Of a stretch of DNA of 64,000 nt, positions 26,976-38,726 are shown in pieces (positions within the stretch are counted from its first letter, which is position 1; every line of letters starts with the position of its first letter). The stretch covers positions 12,958,001 through 13,022,000 of the forward strand of contig NW_027266270.1 of NCBI RefSeq assembly GCF_022045235.1, in the 5' to 3' direction. The notes beneath the pieces were generated by a model. It was given only the letters and a program-made list of their open reading frames with translations, ran no database searches and was not told the DNA's origin. Made by a program: the position numbers and the translations under genes. Source of the stretch: Haliotis cracherodii (lineage: Eukaryota).

Positions 26976-27314
26976 CCGTAACTTAGAAGTTGAGATCCAT
27001 GACCCCAACAGTGGCAAATAGAAAAAAACAACACGTTTACATGAACGAGGGAATGCGATAACGCATCTTGACACATGATCCAGACTAAATTACATTATAC
27101 CATGAATAGACAATAAACCTGAGAGAATGAATACCATTGAATAACTGATATTAACCACCATCTATGAAGTAACAATCAGCTTTTTAGAACCTTGGTAAAG
27201 ACGGTTTAATAATGTGATAATGTTGCTACATTTAATCATTTGATACTTATCGTCAACTCATTGCCAAAGGAGACATCGAGGAACAATAAATTAATTCGTT
27301 GTGGCTTCATTCAT

Positions 27315-27586
27315 CCAGTCGTCTAAGGCGCCGCGATTCGCTGTGCAGAGTTGCGTCCCTTAGGCACGCCTGAAATCTATGATTGTGGGTTCGAATCCCG
27401 GTTCACCCCGATTATGTTTCTAGGTTTGTCAGCACCATACCCGTGCTCGTGGGTTTCACCGAAGTGGTAAACGTCTGAGACCTGCATCACTTCGGGCTTT
27501 CCTCCCACATTAAGCTGACACGCCGTGATATAACTGGAATACTGTTAAAAGCGGCGTTAAACCCAACTCACTCACTCACTCACTCA
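27315..27586 (+). mobile_element. SINE family A, slightly 5'-truncated
   Basis: CCAGTCGTCTAAGGCG...GGTTCGAATCCC...(ACTC)n; TCATTCA on both flanks. Confidence 0.92.
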
Positions 27587-28452
27587 TTCAGTGCATTTGC
27601 CTGAGGATACGGGAACGAAGATTTTCCGGCCGCTTCTTGGAGTACAGCAACATTTGTTTGTTTGATATTTTACGCCACGTGTACACTCAGCTATATGGAT
27701 GAGTGAGTTGAAATTTAACGTCGCATCGGCATTATTTCAGCCATATAGCGACTCAGCTATATGGTGGCGGTCTGTAAATAATCGAGTCTGGACCAATGCT
27801 GTTATTGATATCATGAATATCGGTCCACGCGACTGGCATACTATCACATGCATCAAGCAAGTCAGCGAGACTGACCAACCGATCTCGTTAGTCGCCTCTT
27901 CAGACAAGCATTGTCTGGTCCTGACTTGATTATTTACTGACCGTAGTCATGTAGCATGACTATTGCTGAGAAGGGAGATAAACAGCGACAAAACATATTT
28001 TTTGATTAATGAAGGTATTTGTGTTTCGAGCGGTAATTCAAATGCTAAAACGTTTTTCACCATAATTTAATAACCAAGATATGTTTCCGATTATGAATAA
28101 CTCTGAAAACCGAGACAACTAACTAAAAGTATAACCTTTAAAGCTTATCTACATGGTAGATAAACATTTTATCTGTTTAATTAAGATGTTAATGATGAGA
28201 TTGACGGTGCATGACGAGCTGTTGCCGCTGTCGCATATCGATCTGCCACGATGCTAATGAGAAACTAACCCTCACAACGATACAACGTCAATTCAATATC
28301 GTCGCTAACTTCGTGTAAAGCATTGAGCTTGATAACACAATGATATGATCAATGAAGCTCAATAGGGTCATAGCTTACAAATCTGACGGTCACGATTACC
28401 TCCCTTTGTTTACACTGGCCTCCCTGTTTGCAACGGACTCGCTTCGACGACC

Positions 28453-29967
28453 ATGTGCACGTTGTCTCCAAAATCCGTATTCATTACGGGTGCCAATAGG
28501 GGTTTGGGGCTGGAATTTGTGAAGCACTTTCTGCGTCTAGCCAATCCTCCCACCCACCTGTTCGCAGCCTGTAGAAAGCCAGACCAGGCCACGGAGTTGA
28601 CTCAGCTAGCGAGCGAAAATGGAAGTATTCGCGTGGTAAAGATGGACGTCACACAGGATGAAGAAATTGCTGCGGCTGTGGCGGAGGTGGGGAAAGTTGT
28701 TGGGGATGATGGACTCAATCTGCTGCTGAACAACGCCGGTGTCAACCAACAGGAACAAGGCATCGAACCACTGACGCGGGAGAAGATGAATTATCACTTC
28801 GACTGCAATGTTACTGGTAGGTTAATTTATTATGAAGCCATCGTCACTTGATCGCGTACATGTACGAGAACTCGCGTTTCTTGTTTGTTTTGTTTGTTGT
28901 TTTCCTCGTCGATGACAGATGATTGCCTGAGGGTTTTTTTATATACCGCCGTTTCATGGCAGGACTACTGCTATGTGGCGCCAAGCAACGGATCTTTTAA
29001 TTTTTATGGCGGGGACAGGACAGGACATGCTTTCCCTTTTCGCGAAGACCCGTGAAGATCCGGGGTAAAATAGATCTTCAGCAACCAGTGCTTGCCGTGA
29101 AAGTCGACTATGCTTGTCTTAAGAGGCGACTAGCGGGATCAGGTGGTCAGGGTCGCTATATGACGGCGGTCTGTAAACAACCGAGTCTGGACCAGACAAT
29201 CCAGTGATTGATGTCATGAGCATCGATCCACGCATTTGGGATACAATGACATGCATCAACCAATGACGTGCCTGACCACCTGATCCCATATGGACCGACC
29301 ATTTCATATTCTGGCAGGGATGGGATTTTGTTTACGAAGCTTAGATAATTTATCAGCTGCATTTGGAAAACCATTTAAAAAAAATAAAATAAGGAGTCTA
29401 AATATTTCGATAACGCCGAATTTTGATAAAAATGAAAATAACCCAAAACATTCTGACCCGGAACCGGATTCGTGATACCCAAGATAAGAAAATATCGAGT
29501 GGGTCGGTGCTGAGAAAGATGGCTATATTTTATGTGGTCTCACAAGATATGTTCTTTTTTCAGCCCCACTGTTGATTTGTAAAGCATTTCTTCCCACACT
29601 GAGACGAGCTGCAGACAAGACAGAGTTCAGCTGCAGCAGAGCGGCCATCATCAATCTCTCTTCTACCTTGAGCCTTATCAACTACGTCAATAAGATAAAC
29701 GACCTCCGCTACCCCTACAACAGCTCAAAGTGTGCCCTCAACATGGTGACCGATATTCTCGCGAGAGAAGTTTCCCCGGACGGGGTGTTGGTGGCAGGCA
29801 TCCACCCCGGGTGGGTCAGGACCGACATGGGAGGCCCTAACGGAATGATAGATAAGGAAGAAAGTATTTCCAAGTGTATGAATACATTTGCAGCGCTGAA
29901 TAAAGATTCGTCAGGGTTGCTGTATTCATACACAGGAGATATCTTTGATTGGAATTCCGGGCCCTAG
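28453..29967 (+). CDS. C-factor/sniffer-like short-chain dehydrogenase, copy 1; exons 28453-28816 + 29564-29967, 255 aa
   Basis: TGANRGLG cofactor motif, NNAG, catalytic S...YNSSK, HPGWVRTDMGG. Phase-1 GT-AG intron (G|GTAGGT ... TTTTTTCAG|CC) joins the two ORFs in frame (364+404 nt). Confidence 0.95.
29047..29287. mobile_element. Family D retroposon with internal inversion, in SDR copy 1 intron
   Basis: 5' module on + (29047-~29152), then the 3' half in - orientation. Confidence 0.8.
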
Positions 29968-32147
29968 TCAAATGCAACTATGTGATTTGCCTGAAAGTGA
30001 AGTGTACCATGCAAAAGGTTGAAAGGTTTTGGAAAAAAATATAAAGTTTCAGTTCGTTTACCTTGTTGAATAAGCATTATATTTCAATATTTATTCAAAT
30101 AATCGGATTTGATAAAACAGAGTTTGGGAGCATTCATTTTTTGGAAAATTCAACCAAACTGTTCCTTTTTTCACCACAGTCAACAAACTGTTGATTTCAG
30201 CCATATTACTGAACAAACTATCTTTTTGAACAAGCCCCCGCCCCACCACATCAAAAAAATCAAATGGATGTTTCTGATTCTGATTCTAAGTATCCTCTTT
30301 TAATCCTCTGGATAGTTGGAATTCCCTCGAGTAATGAGTTTCTGAGTTGTGCTGTAATATACTTTTTGATGCAGGATGAGAATCAATATCAAACAATATA
30401 AAGTATACGTGACATTTTCTGAATGTATCACGTACTGGTTAGTTAAGATACCTTTTTAGGAACAGATGAATAAATGTGGTTCCAATCTGAAATATGTTGT
30501 GTTTGTATTTCGCATCATTTCAAGGAAGAAGGAATACAGGGTATTGGGACAAGGATGACGGAGCTACCTACAGCGGCCAATTCATTGTTCATAGACTTGC
30601 CAGAAACCTATGATCGTGAGTTCGAATCCCAGAGTCGCCTCATTATGTTTTTAGGTTTGTCATCACCGTTCCCGTGCTCGTGTGTTTCAGCCAAGTTGTA
30701 AAGCCTGTATCATTGCTTTTCTCCCACATCTCCGCCTGGAACACAGTGATAAAACTGAAATACTGTTCAAAGTGGTGTTAAACAAATACTCACTTAAGCG
30801 GGGATTATTCCTCTGTCAAAAGTCCATTATCCTTTTAGGTCCAGACTTCGAAACTGAGACAATGTAACTGCGTACTCAGGTAATTATACACTACTAAATT
30901 TGCATACATCACTTAGTATTGGTAAAGAGTGAGTGGCTATAGTTTTACACAGCAATTAACAATATTCGTTTCGTATCAAAGTTTGAAACCTCTAATTTAT
31001 TAAGCACAATTTCTTTTTCTCCTACAAGTAAATGAATACATTTTGCAGCAATGAATAAAGATTGTATTCCTACACGAGAAGCATTTTCAAATGGATATTT
31101 TCCGATTGGTATGATTAAATTTGTTTGTTTGTTGTTTAATGTAATGCCACACTCAGGGATATACCAAATATGTGACGGTGGTCTGCAAAATTCGCGTCTG
31201 GACCAGATAATCCAACGACGGACATCAGCATCGATCACAATTGAGACACGATGACATGAATCAACCAAGTTAGCAAGCCTGACCACCCGATCCCGTTAGT
31301 CGCCTCTTTCGACTGGTAGACTGCATGTACTTACATCATGCAGTAGATTATCATGTAAAGGAAGAAATTATCAGAAAATGTTTACCTCGTCGGCTACGCA
31401 TTAAGTTTCAATTTTGATACAAAAAATCCGTTTTGATAAAATATATTGATTCTCTATTGACTCTTTTCAGTAATACTGACAGTTGGAAGGGGACATTTTA
31501 CAGTAATGAGTTTTTTAGTTTCAGGATAGGAACCACCATGAAACAATATTATGAAGTGACATTTTCAGAATGGATAAAGCATTAATTTACTTGAAGGTTC
31601 GATTGTTGGAATATAGGAATAGTTGAATAAATGCGGTTCCGATGACTGTTAGCAGTGTTTATATTAAGCTAAAATAGATTTCAATAAATAAATAAAATTA
31701 TAAGTGAGTCTTTTTTGAGTACCGTCAAATTTTTTGTTTGTTGTGTAACGCCATACAGCAGTATTACAGCTAGGTGATGGCGGTCTGTCAACCCAGTGAT
31801 TGATATCATGAGCATCGATGCACGCAATTAAGATACGATGACATGCATCAAGCACGTAAACGAACCTGACCACCCGATCCCGCCGCTACGACAACTATAG
31901 GATGCTGAAGATCAATTCTAACCCGGATCTTCAGTTCATGCTTCAGTGTTGACAGGTGACCATCGTAACCGTTATGTTCGGCAAACATATCATAGGAGTA
32001 GAGGCAGTGTAGTAATAGTGAGTGGGTGAGTTAAATTCATTCACGGTGTTACGTGTCGATTCCCAAAATTCAGTTTGCAAATTAATGCACAGCAATTACA
32101 ATGGCAGTAAACAATAGAGTGGTAGTACAATATTCAATGGCAATATA

Positions 32148-33062
32148 TACTCACACGCAAAAGAAACGCAAGTTGAGTATGCAGTATACATGTTATATAT
32201 TTTCAATAGTAAAGACAAAATATACTCACTGGGCAAGATTGACAAAAATTTGACTGAAGACAGTTTAATGGATTAATGATTATGATCTGATTAATGGCAG
32301 ACGACATCATTGTTTTTCTCAAATGTTAAGGGCTTACACAGTTTCGGGTCAATACCCAAAATGTCAGTCAATACCTGGTGTACTGAAGTCGTGCTGGTCG
32401 ATGCCGTGGTTGGAGAACAGGACGACGTGCTGGTCGGCGACATCTGAGGTTGTTGGAACGGAGACGTCGGATCACAGTGTCCCGGCTAATGTGTCGATTA
32501 TGTGTTCCTATGGTCTTTCGAGCACTTTCACTTGCAGTTAGGAACGGATGTCGCTGGTGTTGACGGGTAATCTGCCGATTTTGTAGAAGTGTGGTGACCC
32601 TAGGACGACCGCTCCGAGGAAGGTCATCTGTGGTCTAGGTAGCATTGTTCGATGCAGGAGACGGTAAATTGTGGTTATGTTAACGTTGAAATGACGGGCA
32701 ACATCTTGGACAGACTCTCCAGCTCCCAAACGTCCGATAGCCTGGTTTCTCTGAATTTGAGTTAGGCGTGGCATTGTTGACCAAGGAGTGGTAGGTCCAA
32801 GAATCGGCCACAGTTTTATACCCACTACAGTTCGTGACAGTTCGTGCATTTTCGATTTCGCGAGAAATGGGTGCATGATTGAAATGGTGCGTTTTGGCGA
32901 TTCGTTTTTTATGTTGCGTTTTTACTCGGGGCTTCCAAAATGCAACCAAAAAATTGATAACACCATCAGGCTTCACAACATGCTAAAACTCGTATCAATC
33001 TATGGTTCCGTGTTTGTTACCTATTTGCTTAAAACCACTTGCGTTTCGTTTGCGTGTGAGTA
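32148..33062 (-). mobile_element. Internally deleted Tc1/mariner transposon (915 bp)
   Basis: TIR TACTCACACGCAAAAGAAACGCAAG / CTTGCGTTTCGTTTGCGTGTGAGTA with TA TSD. MPRLTQIQRNQAIGRLGAGESVQDVARHFNVNITTIYRL (paired-like HTH), then frameshifted PRSGRPRVTT; DDE domain missing. Confidence 0.92.
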
Positions 33063-33997
33063 TATAATATGATGGCAGTGGTCAGCATCAAATAAAAAAT
33101 ATAGTGGTGATAGCAAAAGTCAGTGATAATAGTATATATTCACCCAGCAGCGACAGTGGTTAAGCTTCCGAGATTGGCTAGGCAGGGAAACGGGTATAAT
33201 GAGCGATCCTCACATGAAAGCTGGTTCCAAAGCGAACATTTGAGAGGCGAAATGTGTAATAGATACGCAAACACGCTATTGTCCCCTTATATACAATCTA
33301 CCTATCTACTGGAAAATTCCACCGTGCCTTCACCTGTCCATGGGCACTAGAAAATTAACGAAATTTCACCTACATACTATCATGGTCCGCGTTGTACCAG
33401 ACAGGAAGTATACACACAACACTAGCATCTAAATGTAGTTGCTTCGTGACGACTTATCAGTGTACAAATACAATGCTATGAGCGTCTACCGATACTCAAC
33501 CAAAAACAATGTAACACGGTTACAATCATTGTTCAACAATAAAATACACTGCCATATAACTCTCTCCCCCTTCGGTGGAAGAAGGTTTGAACGAGTGATA
33601 ACTATATTTCCCATTCAACCAACTCGTGACAATGCGCCCGCAATAACTTTGTTTTTCCCTTTGATATGGTTCTAAAGCGATGAAATGCACGAGGTGCGAA
33701 ATACGACACAACCCGAGCCCGTCAGTCGCCTCTGATGATAAGCATAGGTTGCTGAAGATCATTTCTAACCCGGATCTTCACGAGTTGAGAACAGGAAAGA
33801 GTGCCGTAAGTTTGGGTTCAGTGTTGATCAAATGATAATTTTAGCCATTGTTATGTTATGTAAACATATCATAAGAATAGAGGCAATTTAGTGAGTGAGT
33901 TAATTAAAATTAAACGCTGCATCGGCATTATTTCAGCCATAAAGCGACTAATGTATTATGTATGTATGAATTATTCAAATGCCATTCAAATGCTGAA

Positions 33998-34270
33998 GAC
34001 CCGTGAAGATCCGGGGTAGAATAGGTCTACAGCAACTCATTTTTGCCGTGAAAGGTGACTATGCTTGTCGTAAAAGGCGACTAACGTGATCGGTTGGTAA
34101 GGCTCCTAAATTGGTTGATGCATGTCATCGATTCCAATTGCATGGATCGATGCTCATGATATCAATCACTGGATTGTCTGGTCCAGACTCGATTAATTAC
34201 AGACCGCCGTCATATAGCTGGATTATTGCTGTGTGCGGCGTAAAGCAACAAACCAACCAACTAACCAACT
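33998..34270 (+). mobile_element. Full-length family D retroposon with TSD
   Basis: TSD AAATGCTGAA at 33988-33997 and 34271-34280; empty site in the paralogous flank near 28040. Confidence 0.92.
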
Positions 34271-34675
34271 AAATGCTGAAATGTTTTTTCACAGTAATTT
34301 TACAACCAAGACATGTTTCCCATTGTGAACTGAGAAAAAAACGAAGCAACTAACAAAGAATAATAACGTTTAAATCTTAGCTACATGATAGATCAACATT
34401 TTATCTATTAATTAATCATTTAATGGAAAGGTTGATGGTATATGAGGAGCTGTTGGTGCAGTCGCATAACACTCTGCCACGATGTTAACGATGAACTGAC
34501 TCTCACAACGATGCAACAGCAAATTGAATATATCGTGTGCAGCATAATGCTTGAAGCGCCAGTGAAATGGTCAATGACTAAGGAATAGCTTTTGGGTCCC
34601 CGCTTACAAATCTGACGATCGTAGTTACCTCCCTTAAATTAAACGTCCGCTTCTGCTCCAACGGACTCGACGACC

Positions 34676-36777
34676 ATGTGCACGTTGTCTCCAAAATCCG
34701 TATTCATTACGGGTGCCAATAGGGGTTTGGGGCTGGAATTTGTGAAGCACTTTCTGCGTCTAGCGAATCCCCCTACCCACCTGTTCGCAGCCTGTAGACA
34801 GCCGGACCAGGCCACGGAGTTGACGCAGCTAGCGAGCGAGAATGGAAGTATTCGCGTGGTAAAGCTGGACGTCAGACAGGATGAAGAAATTGCTGCGGCT
34901 GTGGCGGAGGTGGAGAAAGTTGTTGGGGATGATGGACTCAATCTGCTGCTGAACAATGCCGGCGTTAGCCAAAAGGAAGAAGGCCTCGAACCACTGACAC
35001 GGGACAAGATTAATTTTCACTTCGACATTAATGTTACTGGTAGGTTAATTTATTGTGAAGCGAGCATCACTTGTTCTCATGCATGTACGAGAACTCGCGT
35101 TTCTTGTTGGTTTTGTTTGTTTTTGTTTTCCTCGTCGATGGCAGATGATTGCCTGGTTTTTTTAAATGCCACCGTCACATGACAGGTGGACTGCTGTACG
35201 CCTGGCAACGGATCCTTTAACTTTTATGCAAATTCTTTGATTGGACAGGACATGCTTTCCCTTTACGCGAACACCTGGTGTCATCACTGGTTTTCAGTGA
35301 TCCATTCAGATGCTTTTCACCGCTATTTCGCTTCTTACAAACAATGGAATCTGTTTCCACGGATAATCGAGACTGCATCGTTGTTCTCTGGCGTTGACTT
35401 TATGTGTTTTGTGTGTGTCGCTGATCATTTTGGTATGTGATTTGTTGACTCTATGGTCATTACCTTGACCTTGAGATTTTACGGCTGCATATTGATTACA
35501 TATAACAAGCCATGCATTCATAACTTATATTGGACTAGGTCTTCAGTTGAATAGACTTTGATTGGCTTTATTAATTAATTGGCTGAATAAATAAAATCTT
35601 ACAAACTATTCAAGTTTGAAATAACCCAATCCTGAAATGCAAGCGCATGTCTGTCTTGTATTTAAATATGCCTTACTGACGTCTATGTCGAGGAGAGTAG
35701 TCTTTAGACGACATTATGATGACATTAATAAACTATACACGTAACATTCCCACAATTGTTCACAAGTTAAACCCGTTGTGTTATAAAATATGTGCAATGT
35801 TGCCCGAAGTCTCGTCACGTTCAACCAGATGTAGGTGAAACAGGTGGTCTTGTGGTCTCAAGCACCGACACTAGATCAGACGGGGGCCGCTATGCGTTGT
35901 TTGGATTCCTCTCGACTATGCCCTTTGCTCTATCACCACGTGGCCCGTGCCCGTGCCTGTGGTTTGTTTGTTTGTTGTTTAACCCTACACTCAATGTACC
36001 AGCTCCATGACGGCGGTCTGTAAATAATCCGAGTCGGGACCGGACAATCCAGTGATTGATGTCATGAGCATCGACCCACGCAAAGGGATCGATGACATGC
36101 ATGAACCAAGTCAGCGAGCCTGCCCACCCTAACCTGTTAGTCGAATCTTATGGCAAGTAGAGTCGCCTTTTACGACAAATATGGGTTGCGGAAGACCTAT
36201 TCTAACCAGGATCTTAACGGATCATGTCCGATTGTTTGTTTGTTGTTGTTTAACGCCACACTCAGAGGGGGTGGGATTTTGTATGCTGCATGTGTAAAAC
36301 CGGATTAAAAAAAAAATGAACCTAAATATTTCGATAACGCCTTTATGTGGTCTCACAGGACATGTTCTCTTTTCAGCCCCACTGTTGATTAGTAAAGCCT
36401 TTCTTCCCACACTGAGACGAGTCGCAGACAAGACAGAGTTCAGCTGCAGCAGAGCGGCCATCATCAATCTCTCTTCTACCTTGAGCCTTATCAACTACGT
36501 CAATAAGATAAACGACTTCCGCTACCCTTACAACAGCACAAAGTGTGCCCTCAACATGGTGACCGATATTCTCGCGAGAGAAGTTTCCCCGGACGGGGTG
36601 TTGGTGGCAGGCATCCACCCCGGGTGGGTCAGGACCGACATGGGAGGCCCTAACGGAATGATAGATAAGGAAGAAAGTATTTCCAAGTGTATGAATACAT
36701 TTGCAGCGAATAAAGATTCGTCAGGGTTGCTGTATTCATACACAGGAGATATCTTTGATTGGAATTACGGGGCCTAG
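34676..36777 (+). CDS. C-factor/sniffer-like SDR, copy 2; exons 34676-35039 + 36377-36777, 254 aa
   Basis: Same motifs (YNSTK) and same phase-1 intron; in-frame 3-nt deletion near the C-terminus (FAA-NK). Confidence 0.95.
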
Positions 36778-38662
36778 TTAAATAAAAAACGTTTGTTATT
36801 TTCCTGAAAATATATCATGCAATAGGTTGTAAGGTTATGGAAGAAATTATTCAATCGTTTAATTTTGTTTTCCTTGTCGAAAAAGCTTTATATTTCAGTG
36901 GTTATTCAAATATTCGGATTTAATAAAACGGAGATAGGGAAGATCCATGTGATTTGAATATTTCACCATGGCCAACAAACTGTTCATTTTGGCCATATTA
37001 CTGAACAAACTATCTATTTAAACAAGCCTACGCCCCGCCACCATCAATATACATCAAATGGATGTTTCTGATTCTGATTCTAGGTATCCTCTTTTAATCT
37101 TCCGGATAGTTGGAATTCTCTCGAGTAATACGTTTCTGAGTTGTGCTGTAATATACCTGTTAATGCAGGATGAGAATCAATATCAACAATATAAAGTATA
37201 TGAGACATATGGACCACGTACTGGTTAGTTAAGATTCCTTTTCAGGAACAGATGAATAAATGTGGTTCCAATCTGAATTATGTTGTGTTAGTATTTTGCA
37301 AGAATGGTGACATCAATTCAAAGAAGAAAGACGGGGAAATTAGACAAGGATGACGCAGCCAATGCATTGTTCATAGGCAACATTGTTCCTATGATCGTGG
37401 GTTGGAACCCCAGATTCGCCTGATTATTTTTTTTTATTTGTCAGCACTGTTCCCGTGCTCGTGTGTTTCACCCAAGTTTTAAAGCCTGCATCATTGCTTT
37501 TCTCCCACATCTCCGCCTGGAACGCTGTAATATAACTGAAATACTGTTTAAGTTGTGTTAAACAAATACACACTTACTTAAAGGATTCTTAAAAAGGTTA
37601 CTACACAGTGACGATTCCGATCTCGACGATGTTTTGCATAGACATCATATAGACTGGTATGCTGGTCATTTGCGTATTATGTGTCATAATTACAGAGTAG
37701 ATATGGAATTAATGTTTCAGCTGTCACAGTAAAACGTGCAGTCATAATTACCGTAAAGTTACACCACGTCCATATGATACAGTAAATGCTCAAATCGCAA
37801 TGTACAAGTAAATTATTTTAAGATAATATTTAAGACTTTTATAATGAGATGTTATAATACTTCTTATGACGAAATGTGCCCAGTAGAAGGATCGAATTTG
37901 GGCATAAACTTTTCTGTGAAATACCGTTACGTCAGTCAATGCACGGACACTAGCACAGTATCCCTAAATTCGTTTGTGTGACATATCAAAGAGGAGAAGC
38001 AATGAAAGAGTGCATCGAAGTTCAGTTTTATGACATTTTCAATTTCCATGAACGTCTAAAATATTGGTAAGCTGTTGTAATATTTATTGTGGAATATACA
38101 TGTAAAATAAATCAAATAGTGAATGTAAAATGTAAAATAATTATTATATTTTAGTGTGCATTTAAAAACAAATGTGTCATAAATAAGAAATATGCGAACA
38201 AACAACAGTCAGGCCCACAAGACGATAACGAACCAATTCATAAGTACGTTCCTTCAAAACTGATAATAACTATAATCAAAGAAAATATAGCTGCATAGAT
38301 TAGAATTGACATATCCTTATCACTGTTATGCATTAATTATTAAATATAATCGTCAGTGAGTGAAAAAGAAATATTCTTCATTGCTTTATAGTTGTAAATG
38401 ACATGAATATAGTGATCAGTTCCAAAGCAAGACCTTCAATCAAATTAAGGATTAACTTGCACAAAACTGGATGTGTAAATATTGTATTTGCATACCCTTT
38501 TTAACATACAAAAGTGCTCGCAGTGTGACATACCGTCGATTTAACAGAAAATCGATTGTCCCATACCATCATGTGAGGTGAGGCAGGTGAGGCAGGTGAG
38601 GCGAGGTGGAATGGGGTTTAACGTAGCGTCCAAGGTTATTGCACTTCTTGCACTTATATAGC

Positions 38663-38711
<49 letters not shown>

Positions 38712-38726
38712 GGGGGGGGGGGGGGG

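Noticed and set aside
33998-34110. HDV-like ribozyme fit for the family D 5' module
   Set aside because: No P3/L3 (UCCNCGY-type) element ahead of the P1 3' strand; the topology does not match.
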